From contig BFEA01000023.1 of the NCBI GenBank assembly GCA_003427395.1, forward strand, positions 5,676,945-5,740,944: a stretch of DNA of 64,000 bases. Reading direction: 5' to 3'. A model generated the notes under the pieces. It was given only the letters and a program-made list of their open reading frames with translations. It made no database searches and was not told where the DNA came from. The stretch comes from Chara braunii. Lineage: Eukaryota > Plantae > Charophyceae. Both the position numbers and the translations under genes were made by a program. Shown here piece by piece: positions 1 through 12,549 of the stretch (the first letter of the stretch is position 1; every line of letters starts with the position of its first letter).

Positions 1-288
1 ATTGCCTGATGTGCATTTTCAAACTGTTTTCGTGACTGCGCCGAAGTTACCCCAAATGGAACTTTCGCCTAGTTCACGAGGAAGGTGAAGTATAACATAC
101 AAAACCGCTGCCAGTGACGTCGTGGTTTATTGGGACATCTCCTCACATGGTCCCCTACAAAGATCAGTCTGACAAGAGGATTCCATAGCCCCACTGCTCT
201 TTATGCTGACACTGGAGGCCTTGGCAGCCTTGATCGGGGCCAATCTGACAATTGACAGAATCAATTTCCCGAAATCCCACCCCACCTA

Positions 289-388
289 CATTCTTCCCCC
301 GGATACAAAGTACGGTCATTCTAGCTGTATTTAGACTGAAAGATACCCCAAATTCAGCTATAATGACCATACATTGTATTCGGGGGAA
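289..388. mobile_element. ~100-bp palindromic Tc1/mariner-type MITE (family copy 1)
   Basis: Arms TTCCCCCGGATACAAAGTACGGTCATT..AATGACCATACATTGTATTCGGGGGAA are inverted repeats, preceded by TA. Same family as 59212-59316 and 39915-40016. Confidence 0.75.
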
Positions 389-771
389 CACATTTCTTTG
401 CTGATGGGGTAATAGTACACAGTCCGGGTCTCTCCGGAGGATATGACCGCACTCACGGTCAGCATACACCTTTTTATTTTTGTTTTGATAATATTGTGTG
501 GTCCTATTGGGGGAGAAGATAAATGGCTAGCGGATGGCCTTTTAGTACATAGTCCGGGCCTCTCTGGACAATCTTTTCACACTCACGGTCACCATACAAT
601 TTTTTTTATTTTTTTTAAAAATAATTTCATGTGGTCCAATTGGGGGAGAAGACCAAAGGCTGGTGGTTGCACCCACAAGACCAGGTCCCACTTCAGGCAC
701 CACAGTAAATTGGAAAGACAAAGAAGCAGCGGTTCAGATGCAAGGAGGCAGTCTAACTGCCTTTGGCCCAC

Positions 772-880
772 CGTGTGACGTTCAACCTCACGCCCTGTGC
801 TGGCTTCTGGTCGGAGTGATAAGCTGTGCGGAATAGGCCCTGAAGGACAGCAAAATGGGGTGTGCCAAGGATTTTTGGGA
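772..880 (+). repeat. Dispersed repeat shared with 63543-63640
   Basis: CAACCTCACGCCC...GGGGTGTGCCAAGGATTTTTGGG occurs at both loci. Confidence 0.6.
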
Positions 881-2618
881 AATTGAGTGTGGGGACACAG
901 ACGGAACTGAAGTCCCCCACGTAGTTCCAGTTTTAGTGCGGAAGGACCATGGTCGTGCGAGAAAGAAATGGCGCGCGCTACTTTCAAATGTTCACCTCAC
1001 CACGTATTCAATAGTGGAATCCCTTCTCCCGATACGCTAGGTGCGGCAACAATCGCTGCACAGTGGGGTGCTACTAACAATCAACCCGTTAAAAGGCAAT
1101 AACAATAAGCACGGAGGAAAGTGAATATCGATAATGAGTATTAATGACTTAGCAGGCCGCTACAAATCCAGAGCACCTCGTCTCAGGACGAGGAAAATAA
1201 TAGCGCCCGCCGATCTTAGGGACAGCTTCCCCTACGTCCCACTCACATACACGTATCCTTACCTCATTATACAGGAATAGCCGCGATGGAGATGCAGGGA
1301 GTGGGCACCCAGTCGGATCGGAACAATCACTCCACATGGCACAAGCAAATTCTGAGTACGCGACCCAATCGACTGTTCAATCACAAAAGTAATCAGTTGT
1401 GATACTATGGGCTTTATTGCATTTCATCCATCCCACGGATATTCACAGCGATCTTCACAGCGATCTTCACAGCGATCTGTCCTTCTTGCCTTTGCCATTC
1501 AGCCTTTTGCACGTGGTGGTGTGGGGTAGTGTGATGGGAAGTGGAAGGCTCTCCCTCACCCTCGATTGTATTGCTCTGGCTGACAGAAGGAAGAGCGGTG
1601 GAGGGGTGCTTGGAGAGGAAGCTTATCCACCTGCGGCCGATTGGTGCTTAGCTGTTTTAGTCTGATGGATTGTTTCCACCTTGGATACATGCGCCCTCCC
1701 TTTTGGTGTGTCCTGAGTTCAGTTTTCTAGCGGTGGGGTGCCATGGGTACTGTTATACCTTGGTCATCATCATTTAGGGTTTGACTTGGTTTGATGATCT
1801 ATACGTATAGATTAGAATTTTCTTCCAATTAGTGGGCGCCCCTTCGGTTTGCGTCTGTGTTAACTACTGTTGCTCAGGGGAAGCTCGACTAATTACGGAT
1901 GAATTACTAAACTCTTTTGCCCTGTTATCATTCTCGTTGCCCTATTGGTATCTCCCCCACTCCTCTTTTTTTTTTTTTTTTTTTTTTTTCCACTCCTCAC
2001 CGTGCAGAAGATTAAAGTAGGAGTAATTGAGGAGCGTAGGGCAGAGCTTGATTCTTCACACAACAGGGTTAATCCTTCCTCACTGGGGAAGCAATCAATT
2101 ACATGTGATCATCGTATATTCGTGTTAAACAGGGAAGCTGTCTCCAGGGGAGCAGTGGCTGAGGCTCTTCCAGCCCTAATGGGAAGAGCCGTGCGTATAA
2201 GTGTTGTAATCAATTTCATAATTGGAGCGTTGGCACTGGGCCTTTTTTCAAAAAAAAGAAAAAAAAAAAAAGGTGTGAGTTCAATTCAATCACAAGAGCA
2301 CTCATCATTCATCAAGGGAGTAACAAGCATGCATTCCCATAATCTTTGCGAGATTTTAGCTTAGTTAGCCCAATCAATGCACATGTGAACAGATCTTACA
2401 TACATGAATCCTCTGAGTCAGTTGTTCCAGAGACATCAACAACCAAAAAATAAAACCGATAAGATCTCTTGGAGCTTACTGGTCCCTTTGAGTTCAATGA
2501 TGCTCGAGATCTGATTGAATCCAACAGGGGCGAGCGAGATCAAGGCAGGGGCGAGCGAGATCAAGGACATCTCGAGTCATTTCGCCATTCATCCGACAGG
2601 TAAGAGCAAGGGAACAAC

Positions 2619-2652
<34 letters not shown>

Positions 2653-2679
2653 CGAGAGAGAGAGAGAGAGAGAGAGAGA

Positions 2680-2775
2680 TATTTTTTGTTTTTTAAATTG
2701 GGCCCAGTGCCCAAGGCTGATATTACCAATAAGAAGATTGAGGCCGGGGTCCTCACAGTCTACCCGGAGTGACTG
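2680..2775 (-). repeat. Dispersed repeat with A-rich 3' tail (3' end of a retroposon family); second copy at 49441-49620
   Basis: CCCAGTGCCCAAGGCT...TTGAGGCCGGGGTCCTCACAGTCTACCCGGA at both loci, each next to a T-run on + (poly-A on -). Confidence 0.6.
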
Positions 2776-2784
2776 AACGGAACA

Positions 2785-4122
2785 TGCTGAGAACCGGGCT
2801 CAGCGTCCCTCATATGATGATGATTATGATGATTATGATGATTATTATGATGATAATGATAATGTACCTCTAATGATTCTATGAAAAATGTGAGATAATG
2901 ATACTAAAGATGATGATGCTAATGCTGACGGTGTTGATTAGTATGTAAAAATTTCTAGGTACCAGGACATTACATCTCAGAGACAATGCCATCCTGGCCA
3001 ACCTCCACCATAGCTATCCTGTTCTCGCCACCTGGACTAAATCCCTAGGACTTGATCCCGTGACTTGTAGTGTGTTTGCAATGTTTGACTGTCTTGAGGC
3101 CTGTAGGGCTTGAACCTTCAACCTGTTGCTAGTAGTCCCTACTTCGCAATCTTATACCTTTCAGCCTCGTTGTTTTGTCCTTTCTGCCTTTCTAGAAACT
3201 GGTAGGCCGTAGGTCTTCCTTTTCGAGTCCCTTAGCTCACGTTTCCATCTAGATGCAGTTAGGCAGATCTGGATTACCAGGCCATAGATGTTTGCTGGTA
3301 GGACGGTCAGATAGGTCTGTAGGTAGCCGCTTGGTGGTAGGCCTAGGGGAGTCGGGTAGAAGTAGGCAGGGACAGAGAAATCTCGGTTCTGTTTTCGACA
3401 TGTTTTTTCCACGAAGTGCTGCTGGAGGTAGGCGCTGGAAGCTGCGCTAATTTTAGCGCTCGGTCTTCTCCTTCCTCACGGGAAGTGTGCGACCATAGCT
3501 GGGGTTACAGGACTCATCCAAGTCTGGCCCAGGCATTAGGCCCAGTTGTATGGGGCGCTCCCCCATCGCTGTTCTGTTGGGATTTTGACAGCTGCCATCG
3601 AAGCAGTTTCTCTACGCCTGCTTCGAAGTGGCAGGCCATCATCTTCATCGAGTTGCTGTTCTTCTTCACCATCCTGGGAGCTGCGATCCCCTGCTGAGTG
3701 GACACTTCATCTGCAGTGGGCTTCTTGAGTGGTGCAGAGAGGGGTGTTGGGCTCAGAAGGGTGTGTGGCGATTGGCAGGCTTGATAGGTTGGGTGCCCGC
3801 AGGCACCATAGCTAGCGCTTGAAGAAGAGGGAGGAAGAATAAGACTCCCCGATACTTCGATGAAACTCTGTAAATAATTTGTCTGTGGGTGTTGGTAACG
3901 TGGTTGTGATTCTTGGAATAAATACTCTTTATTGATTGGAGGACGAGGGATTGCAGAACTGAAATTCGTTTTTCAGTTCTCTGTGTAGTTTGAGCTTCCG
4001 CTGTGCATATCTCCCCTCCGGTTTTGTGTGGAATTGCCTCCTTCGAGTCTACTCTGCAATTGCATGCGTGTATGGGAACGTGTGGATTCGTTGTGGATTG
4101 AAGTTCAATCAGGTACATAAAA
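2785..4122 (+). mobile_element. 5' LTR of Ty3/gypsy retrotransposon (left edge approximate)
   Basis: 3143-4122 is a direct repeat of 16112-17228. It ends ACATAAAA (ACATAACA in the 3' LTR) and is followed by a PBS. The TG start at 2785 is a guess. Confidence 0.8.
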
Positions 4123-4124
4123 GT

Positions 4125-4137
4125 TGGTATCGGAGCC
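4125..4137 (+). promoter_or_regulatory. Primer binding site for tRNA-iMet
   Basis: TGGTATCGGAGCC, one mismatch from the canonical TGGTATCAGAGCC, 2 nt after the LTR end. Confidence 0.85.
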
Positions 4138-5559
4138 ACGACCGTGTGCATCCAGCGGACTAATTAGCGGCCGACATCTGTCGGGCCGGCGGTTGGTGGT
4201 TGGGGGAGGTGCCCCGTAGTCTTCAACAGCGTCGGCAGCGACAGCTGTCGCTTGATTAGTACGCAAGGGCAAGAAAGCGAGTTCAAAAAAAAAAAAAAAA
4301 AAAAAAAAGTGGTCTCCCGGCTTGAGTTGGGCCCGGCACTAATTAAGACGTCAATCCTAATTAGTGGTCCAGCGACCTGAGGGCACGGCGATCACAATCA
4401 AACTTGATCGGCAACAATCCCCAATCCAGACCTTGATTGAGTGAGTTAGTTCCGGTGACCTGTCCCTCCGACGTCAGTCCGTCAGTCTGTCAAAACTTGT
4501 CTTTCCGGTCTTTCAGTCTGTGCCCGTCGAGAGGTTAGTGTTTCTTAGTCTGTGTCGTCAGTGGGTTGTCAGCGGTTTGACTCCCCTCTGACCTTGCCTG
4601 CAGTTGACCGTGGGTCTTGAGCCTGCGCACATACTATGTTTGCGCGTCCTGCATCCTATCATGGTCTGCCGTGTCGGATCTAGTGTCAGTGCAGCCGATG
4701 TGGTCAGTCCAAAAGTGGTCTGTCAGTCGTGTCAGAACAGTCCGCGCAGTAATTATGCGCCGTCAGTGTAATCAAGTCCAGACAGTCTACCTGCCGGTTT
4801 GCAGCCTGCAGACTACAGATTTATTTTTATTTCTGCAAAACTGAACTACGTCCCGCAGCAGTTATTTTTTTTCCCTGCGTATGGACTCGGGTTTCTTGCC
4901 TTGCTAATCGTGCTGGTGTTCATGGGAAGATCCGGAATGGATCTGGTATGAAATTATTGTTTTTTTTTCTGATTGGTTGTGCGTGCGTTAAAAGTGAACA
5001 CGTGCTGTTTTGCTGTTGATCGCTGCCTGCAACCTCCCTGAGTGCCTACAGACACGAAGTACTAATCTGTTATCTGTCATAACCCTTCCCTCTAACTAAG
5101 TAAACAGTACAGTCTGATTCTGATTAGATTGTGGTTCTGTGCCGGCCATTGGTCGGGCCTCCGGGAATTATCCCAGCGTGGGCGGCGGAGCGCTGCGCCC
5201 CGCCCTAGGTTGTGACATCGCACAGGTGGGCCATGGTGAAGGCACGCGGCAGCGATGGTGGCCATCTCTTCTCTCAACCAGGCGCTTTGCGCACGCGCAG
5301 GTGACCGGAGGCGCTTGTCCATGCCACGTCATGCCCCTTGTTTTTTTTTCTTCTGGGAATTCCACGTTTCACTCCATTGCTGCTGCATTTTCGCACGTGG
5401 CATATGGCCTGAGAGGCGTTGGCTACTACGTCCATGCCTGTGGAGTACAGTGGAGTCAGCCCTTGGTAAACTGAAGTGCGAGTGCAGTGGCGACTGAAAT
5501 CATGAGGAAGTGGGTGTGTCAGCATAATCAAGGCGCTGCTCGGCATCAGCAACGGGGTG

Positions 5560-6098
5560 CTGGTCATCACCAGCACCATCATCAACAGGGCGCAGTTCGA
5601 CACCATCATCACAGTAAGGGTTCGTCATCACCATCAAGGTGCTGCTCGTTATCATCATCATCATCACCACCATCATCATCAACAAGGTGTGGTTTGACAT
5701 CATCATCACGGTAATGTTCCGTCATCAGCATCAGTTGTCATCACCATCATCATCATCAGGGTGCCGCTCGTCATCAACATCAAGGCGTGGGTCGCATCAT
5801 TATCAACGTTGCTCATCATGATGATCATCATCGTCAGTTCGTCTTCATAGGGCGCCGCTAGGGCTGCTCGTTATCATCATCATCATTATCATTATGTCAG
5901 TATCATTTACCATCATCAATAGTTCACCATCATAGGGCGCTGTTGGCGAAGCTCGTTGTCATAGGGCGCTGCTCACCCTGATCATCATCATCATTAGACT
6001 ATCATCAAAGGTGTTCGTCATTAGCACCGTCATCATCCTTTTGTCATCACAGGGCATCGTGCGTCATCATCATCATCATCAACTTCATCATCATCATT

Positions 6099-6131
<33 letters not shown>

Positions 6132-6175
6132 GACATCATCATCATCATCATCATCATTCATCATCATCATCATTA
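5560..6175. repeat. (CAT)n-rich degenerate microsatellite/minisatellite
   Basis: Long CATCATCAT runs interleaved with GGCGCTGCTCG-like units. Confidence 0.9.
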
Positions 6176-7414
6176 AATTGTAATTACAGGGCGTTGTTCG
6201 TGTTGCTGGCCCTCGTGGCTCAGTAGTAGAGGATCGGCGGAGCGCTACCGGGAGCGCTACGCCGCTCGACGTTTTGACGCGACGACAGTCTCCTTGGTGA
6301 GGGTGGGAAACGAAGAACGGCCGGGGCGCCATGATGACAGTTTCGACGCGAGGACGAGAGTGCGGGGCGAGAGGACAGCAGGTGGATGATGAGGCGGGAG
6401 AGGGATCGTGGGGTATGGAGGAGAAGGCTAGTGGTGTCCGGGCGTTGTTGAAGGCTCTCTTGTTTGCTGTTTCTGTCACGTGCTTGCGTGCTTGAGAAGA
6501 AAAACACGGGGGCAGCGTGTCTCATATCATGGTCTCGTTGGAGAGGAGGAATGTTGTGGGGGGAAGTAAGGGGAGGCAGGCAAGGTTTCATGGGCTAGAG
6601 GGAGAGTATTACAAGAAGGAATGGAAGGAGGAATGCGGGAGTAAGGATGTTGAAGACATGTCTTCTATAGGCGGGCGACGTCTGCAACAATGACACCCCT
6701 TCATCTCTTTGGGCTACCTGCGAGGGGCGGTTGGCAGGCTCAGCGTTTTTGTCTCGTGACGTGGTTTGGATTACTGTGATGGTAATCCTAGCTGCGGTCC
6801 TGCTATCTTCATCGATCGGTCCTTTGGGATGGTTGAATTGTTGTCAACCANAGGCGGCCGAGTTGCTTGAGATCCGATGAAGGAGGAGGTGAGGTTTGGA
6901 AAGAGGGGGGGTGCGTTTAGGGATTGTCGAGGGTAAGTTGTGTTCTTTCTCTTCGCGTTTTGTAATGATGATTATGTGATGACCCTGATGAGATTCTTAA
7001 TGATGTGATTCCTCGATAGTTTTGTCTGGTTCAATACCTATTAGTCTTTCTAACCTTGAATTCTAAATATGTAACCAAAATATAACTAATAATTCTGATT
7101 CTGAGGTTTGAAAATCAAGATTAATTCTGACCTAGTTTGTTTGTCTATTTCTTTCGAATTTCACATCCTTTCACATCATTAGCCATGTCGATTGTCGTAT
7201 GTTTATTGCTGCATTATTTCCTGGGCAATACTCTTAGCTTGAGATTCGTAAATCAGAGGTTGGACACCTCTGATTTTTTAAAAGTAATTTTCAAATCTTA
7301 ACTCAATCTCGTTTGAACTTATGATTTGAACTTTTTTCATACTAGTTTTCAGATTGTTCTTAGCTGAAGCAAGGTAATGGCCTTGGTATTTCAAATCATT
7401 TTGATATTCTATAT

Positions 7415-7529
7415 GGGACGCTGGGCCCTGTTCCCAGCACGTGTTGCTCCCCACGAATAGATTGGAGCATTTGTCCCAAAAGGAAAAGAAAAGAAAAAGA
7501 AAAAAGGCGTTGTTGGTGCTCCTCTTCAG
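7415..7529 (-). ncRNA. Structured dispersed repeat (atypical hammerhead-like / pseudoknot), copy a
   Basis: Plus strand GGGACGCTGGGCCCTGTTCCCAGCACGTGTTGCTCCCCACGAATAGATTGGAGCA...GGTGCTCCTCTTCAG. Carries compensatory changes relative to the other copies. Confidence 0.5.
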
Positions 7530-7889
7530 TATGATCATCATCGTTATTTTGTCTTACTATCATCATCATCATTTTGTCATCATTAGATGCTACTCTTCAA
7601 GGCATTGTTTGCCTTTCTCATCAGCAGGTGAGTTGGTCGCCGTCATCACCATCCTCATCCTCATCATCTTCAGGGTGTTGTTCATTGTTATCAGCAAATC
7701 CAAAAAAAAGAAAAACATCATCTACCTTTCTCCATTACAATTTTCACAAATTTTCAATTCTTCCACTCATGTCTTAGGAATTTTATTTCCTAAAACTCTT
7801 GAGGCTTGTTTTTTCTTTTCTCCACTGTTAATTTATGATTCCCCTTTGGGCGCACTAATGAATTTTTTTTGTGCGTGTGGGGGGTCGGG

Positions 7890-8630
7890 GTTTTAAGGAG
7901 GAGAGCTCTACTCCGTAGGGGCTCCACAAGGTGGGGGATGAAATGCCCTGGAGGGAGGGGGGGCAGATTTTTGGGGGATGCCCTATTCTGGGGTTATGAG
8001 AGATGTATGGGCTAGCATCATATTCCAACGGAGGCAGATAGGGGTGAAAGGTTGGTTGAGGTATACTTTGGGTGGAATTGGATCCCTTAATGGAAGTAGG
8101 GGGAGGAAGCAGGTATGTCCAAGTTGGGGCCAATAAGGAAAACTTGTGATCAGGGCAGTCCTTTTCGGTCGAGGCAACAGAGGGACAGGGGGAGATGGAG
8201 GGAAGGGGGAGGAAATAATCCACAGCAACATCCGGAATTATGATTCTCCTCTCAAGCATAAACAGATTACTACTGGTGGGGTGGTGGGTTGGTTCTGAGG
8301 GGGAGAGCTCTACTCTGCAAGGACTTCATAAGGAGGGAGGTGATTGCCATGAAGAGAGACGGGGCAGATTTTGGGGGATACTCTATTCTGGGGTCGGGGG
8401 AGATGTATGAGTCGACATCATATCCCAGCGGTGGCAGATAAGGGCAAGGGGTNGGCAGAGGCATACTTTGGGTGGGAACTGGATGCTTTTGTGGAAGTAG
8501 GGGGGGGGGGGGAACGGGTCTGTCCCAAGTTGGGGCTGATGAGGAGTGTTCGTGATCAGGGGCAGTCCTTGTCGGTGGAGGCAGCAGTGGGGCAGGGGGA
8601 CGAGGCGAAAGGGGGGAATTTCTATATCCT
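7890..8630. repeat. Tandem duplication of a ~400-bp G-rich unit inside the gypsy element
   Basis: GGAGAGCTCTACTC...GGGGCAGATTTTGGGGGAT...GTGATCAGGG(G)CAGTCCTT occurs twice (from ~7900 and ~8302). Confidence 0.75.
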
Positions 8631-9271
8631 TTGCTTGTATTTGGTTGGGACTTCTTAAGATTCTTTCTGGAATTTTCAAAACAATCCCCGTTGTTATTGC
8701 TGGTAATTTGAAGAATCTCTCAGGACTCTTAAGCGACTGCTGGTGGTTTGTACGAAGTTGCACTGGAATTAGACTGTTATATTCAGGATCCATGGTTGTT
8801 CCATGCCAGAACGACGATGGTCGGAGCCGGGGTGATGCCCTGTAACTTGCCAAAGGTGAGGGCATGAGGCCTTGTAGAGAGATATGGGGATGCTATGCAG
8901 AGGCATCCTAAGGGACAGTTGGAGGTCGCTGACACAGGACAACACTGGTCCAAGGTGGAGTGAGTATCATTGCTCTGTAACCTAGCGGATAGGGGGCGTG
9001 AGGCATGGATGAGTTTGTCAAAGAATTAAGTCAGTTTTGGTGAGGTTTGTAAGGATCTGTTGGAAATCCTTTAGATACTTTAATGTTCAGAGAATTGCGG
9101 TGGATTTCAGGAGGTGTTTAGCGATTGTAAAAAATGATTCGTAGTTTTCTCATCATCCATCCCCATTTTTAGTAGCTTGTTCATGATCTTGGAGGATACT
9201 CTCAAGTCAAAAACGGGTAATGGCCCCGGTACCTCAATTTGTTCATAAATTGTTTTTACATGTCTTGATAT

Positions 9272-9326
9272 GGGACGCTGGGCCCGATTTCCGGCACTTG
9301 CTGCTCCCCACGAATATATTGGAGCA
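9272..9326 (-). ncRNA. Structured dispersed repeat, copy b (partial)
   Basis: GGGACGCTGGGCCCGATTTCCGGCACTTGCTGCTCCCCACGAATATATTGGAGCA followed by an A-run. Confidence 0.5.
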
Positions 9327-9449
9327 TGTCTTCAAAAAAAAAAAATTGTGTGTGAACTCTAATCCGATTTTTTTTTTTTTTTTTAAACAAATTATTAATT
9401 GGGTATGGCTGGCGCAGCAGCCTCTAGCTTTTCTGGGAATAAAAAAGGC

Positions 9450-10560
9450 AAGAATCCTTGGTTCCCAACACCGTCATTGAGCTGGAAATTGAGGAGGAGG
9501 CGGCTGCAGAAGAAAGTCGCAAGAGGATAGAGAAGTTGTGGAGAGAGATGGAGGAAGGCGAATGAAAGGCACTGAAGGAAGTCAGGCAGGCAGTGCTGGC
9601 AGAACATTTCCTGGCCGCTGAATCTAATGAAAGATTCAGCGACACTAACAGAAAAATGGTTGAGTGGATCCGGTTGGAGTTCACTTCAATCAAAGATGCC
9701 CTCACTGCGTGGATGGACCGGGTTGCTGGAATAGAAGACCATTTGACTACAGCAGAAGCCAAACAGTCTTTTATTGTAGAGAACCTGGATCGAATCGAGC
9801 AACTTCTCAGTACCTCTCCCCACTCAGCCACCTCTACCCCTCGTCAATCAGTCAAACCCTACCCCTCATCAATCAGTCAAACCCGAATTCAAACTGGTCC
9901 TTACTCCCCCTTCAACACCACACTTTTCTCCTAAAGGAAGGTTTGCTTCGCCTAATGAGCAACAAACTGTCCCTGGGGATGTGAGACTGCGTACTGGCAA
10001 CTCAGGTCAGCAGACAACGTTTCCCCAAGATGATGCAACCTGAAAAATGTCAAAGTGGATGTGCCAGATTGGATAGCTTCAATCAAGTCCTATCTGAGGG
10101 GATTCGTCTGCCCAGAGGCTAACAAAGTGCAGTCCAATGTGGCCCTATTTAGTGGGTCAGCATTGAAGTGGGCAACCTTTGAGGCCATCAAGTCTCAGCA
10201 GAAGTTATCAGATTGGGATGATGCAACAGGATTAATGACCATCTTCCAGTGCCTGGCGGCAAGGTTTGCAGACAAAGAGAAGGCTAGCAAAGTTGCAGAC
10301 GAGCTGGTTAGTCTCGGCCAGACAAAGTACAGGAGTTCGTTGACCAACCTGTATGCAAAATTTGAGCGCCTCACCTCTACTCCCGGTTTGCAGGACACAA
10401 GGATTGGCAGTCTTTTAACTGAGCAGCCTTGGACATGGAGGCAACACTCCATGTTCAGCACTCCCTAAAAGGAAGGCAACCCCTCTTCCCAGAGCAAGAG
10501 GAAGGGAGAGGGGAACTTGTATACTATGGAGTCTGATAATGACTCTGCAGACACTGACTA
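9450..10560 (+). pseudogene. gag: Ty3/gypsy gag remnant
   Basis: Coiled-coil N-terminus, then DVPDWIASIKSYLRGF..SALKWAT..LAARFADKEKASKVADELVSLGQTKY..LYAKFERL (retrotransposon gag pattern). Interrupted by stops. Confidence 0.75.
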
Positions 10561-11473
10561 GGAACTGCCATTTCATCAAAATGGACATTTTTTATTTTTC
10601 AAATGAAATTACAACTGAGTTTTTTTATTTTTTTTGGTCGAAAACTCGTTTAAAATTGCTGCTCTTGAGGGTCCGACATTTGTAAAACGTTGGACCCCCT
10701 ATATGTATTTGAACCTAGCTTGAGACCAAATACATACAGGTGGTCCCCCTACATGTTTCTCGTTTAGTCCTGATACATCCAAGAGGCCCAGCGTCTAAAA
10801 AACATCGGAGCAAACAATCAGTGGCATATCGACAAATCTCATTATTGTTACGTCGACCACCAGGTCGAGAAGCTTTCCCACCTTAACCACTGCCAGTATT
10901 TACTCTTAGGTGCCCACGTAGTGGTGGGTGCCACAAGATCTCTTCGATATCAACGTCTTCAGATAAGGACAGGAGCGCAGAGGTTAGGCAGCGAAGTAGT
11001 ATCATTCCCCCGTGGACTTCCAGGCAACCTCAGGACACGAAGTGGGCGAAGCCNAAGGCCTGACTTTAGTGAGTCCACGCAAGAAGAGACATTGGATCTC
11101 GTACTCGACTAATTATGTACTAGAAAAAANAGTTTCTGTTTTTCGTCTTGGGACATGGGAGCCTCTATTCTAGCAAGTTTGACCAGCACTTTTTCATGAC
11201 CCGGGGACCAATTCCTCGAGTAAGTGCTTCGAATTCTTCTAGGCAAGTCTTTGGGGTTACTATATAGAATTCCAACCTGACGGTTGCCTNGGAGTGCCTT
11301 TTCCACTCACTGATTTTTCCCAATCTTCTACAGTTTGGTCAGTGATTCCAAGCGGAATTTTGTCTGGTTTCGCACTTAAACGTTTACCCAGATCCCTTCC
11401 CGCGATCTTGAATACTTGAGCTCCACCAATCTCTATTGGATGGAGAGAAGTTCTAACTAATTGTTCTGATAGA

Positions 11474-11875
11474 TTAGATATAGATAAGATAAGGCGACCG
11501 ACATGACGGGCGTGCCGCCTTAGGCTCTATCAGTCTATGATATGATATAAAACAAAAGTGAGAAGTAGCGAAGGGCCCTACTATATCCAAAATAATGCAT
11601 TGGGTGGATGCCTTGGCATTGAGAAAGAAAGGACACAATGAAAGGCGAAACGCCATGGGGAGAAGCTCTCTTTGATCCATGGATTTCCTATCGGGAAACC
11701 GCAACGAAGTTGACTTAGCGAACTGAAAAATAGGTATTATAGTACCATTAAAGAAAGGAGCACCAGTGAAAACTTCTCTTTGAGCTAATAGATGAAAAAG
11801 CACAGGTGCCGCGGTACCACAGAGAACAACCAAACAAATTATACAAAGGAGCGTTAGCTGTAGTTTGAGTAGCAA
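11474..11875 (-). pseudogene. ccmFC: Mitochondrial ccmFC 5' fragment (NUMT)
   Basis: LVVLCGTAAPVLFHLLAQREVFTGAPFFNGTIIPIF..SMD matches the plant ccmFC N-terminus (VVPCGTAAPVL..RDVPTGAPFSNGTIIPI..SMD). AT-rich, organelle-like context. Confidence 0.85.
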
Positions 11876-12549
11876 AATTTAGACGAGTTTTCCATCAAAA
11901 GAATTGAAAAAACTCTGTTTCAATTTCGTTCAAAAAATAAAAAATATTCATTTTAACGAAATGGTAGTTAGGGGAGATCTACTCCTCCAGCTGGCCAGAG
12001 TGCAGGGGCATCAGCAGACTTGCTCAATTGTTGGCCCTGGCACTGCTAGCCCTCACACGAGGCAAGCAGTTTCAGGGACAAAAGCCCTCCTCTCCTGAGG
12101 GGCAAGACAAACGCTCCAGTGGTCCCCAACAGCAAAACCTCCCAATGTTTGTCAAGTGCCCAACCAGTCCCATGGACGCATCCTCTTTCATTGGAGGGAC
12201 CTGAAGATCCCAAAGGGTAAATGGTAAAAGAGAAAGGACAGAGGGGTTTGTCTGAGGTGTGAGGGCACTCACTATGTCAAGGATTGCCCTAGGCTGAATT
12301 ACAACAATTGCAGCCACTAAAAAAGGAGAGCAGGCCAGCAGAGGCTACAATCAGGCTTGCGGAACTGAATCCATCTCCTTCAGAAGATGAATCATTTGTT
12401 GAGCCTAATCTTCTTGAGGCTGCAAAAGACTCAATATATTATTATATTGAGCCCTGTCTGGATGAACCCTCATCTAAGGAGGAGGTTAATCAGCTTTATT
12501 CTCTTCATCTCCAGTTAAACGAGAAGAAGAGGAAGATATCAGAATTGAT

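Noticed and set aside
980-1340. Exon-like minus-strand segments with good donors (RLFLYNE|gtaagg; RIGRRDSTIEYV|gtgagg)
   Set aside because: No recognisable protein family and no consistent gene model could be built.
6033-6479. Poly-Asp / poly-His ORFs
   Set aside because: Translations of the (CAT)n microsatellite.
6985-6995. Isolated CTGATGA motifs (also ~8536 and ~41182)
   Set aside because: No stem II or GAAA arm; chance matches.
7440-7470. Pistol ribozyme resemblance (CGTG..CCACG-AATAG plus pseudoknot)
   Set aside because: No P2/P3 between the A-rich linker and the pseudoknot strand, and no GU cleavage junction. Twister and hairpin ribozyme cores also do not fit.
10800-11450. Possible LINE remnant on the minus strand inside the gypsy element
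   Set aside because: No diagnostic motif is readable across the stops and Ns.
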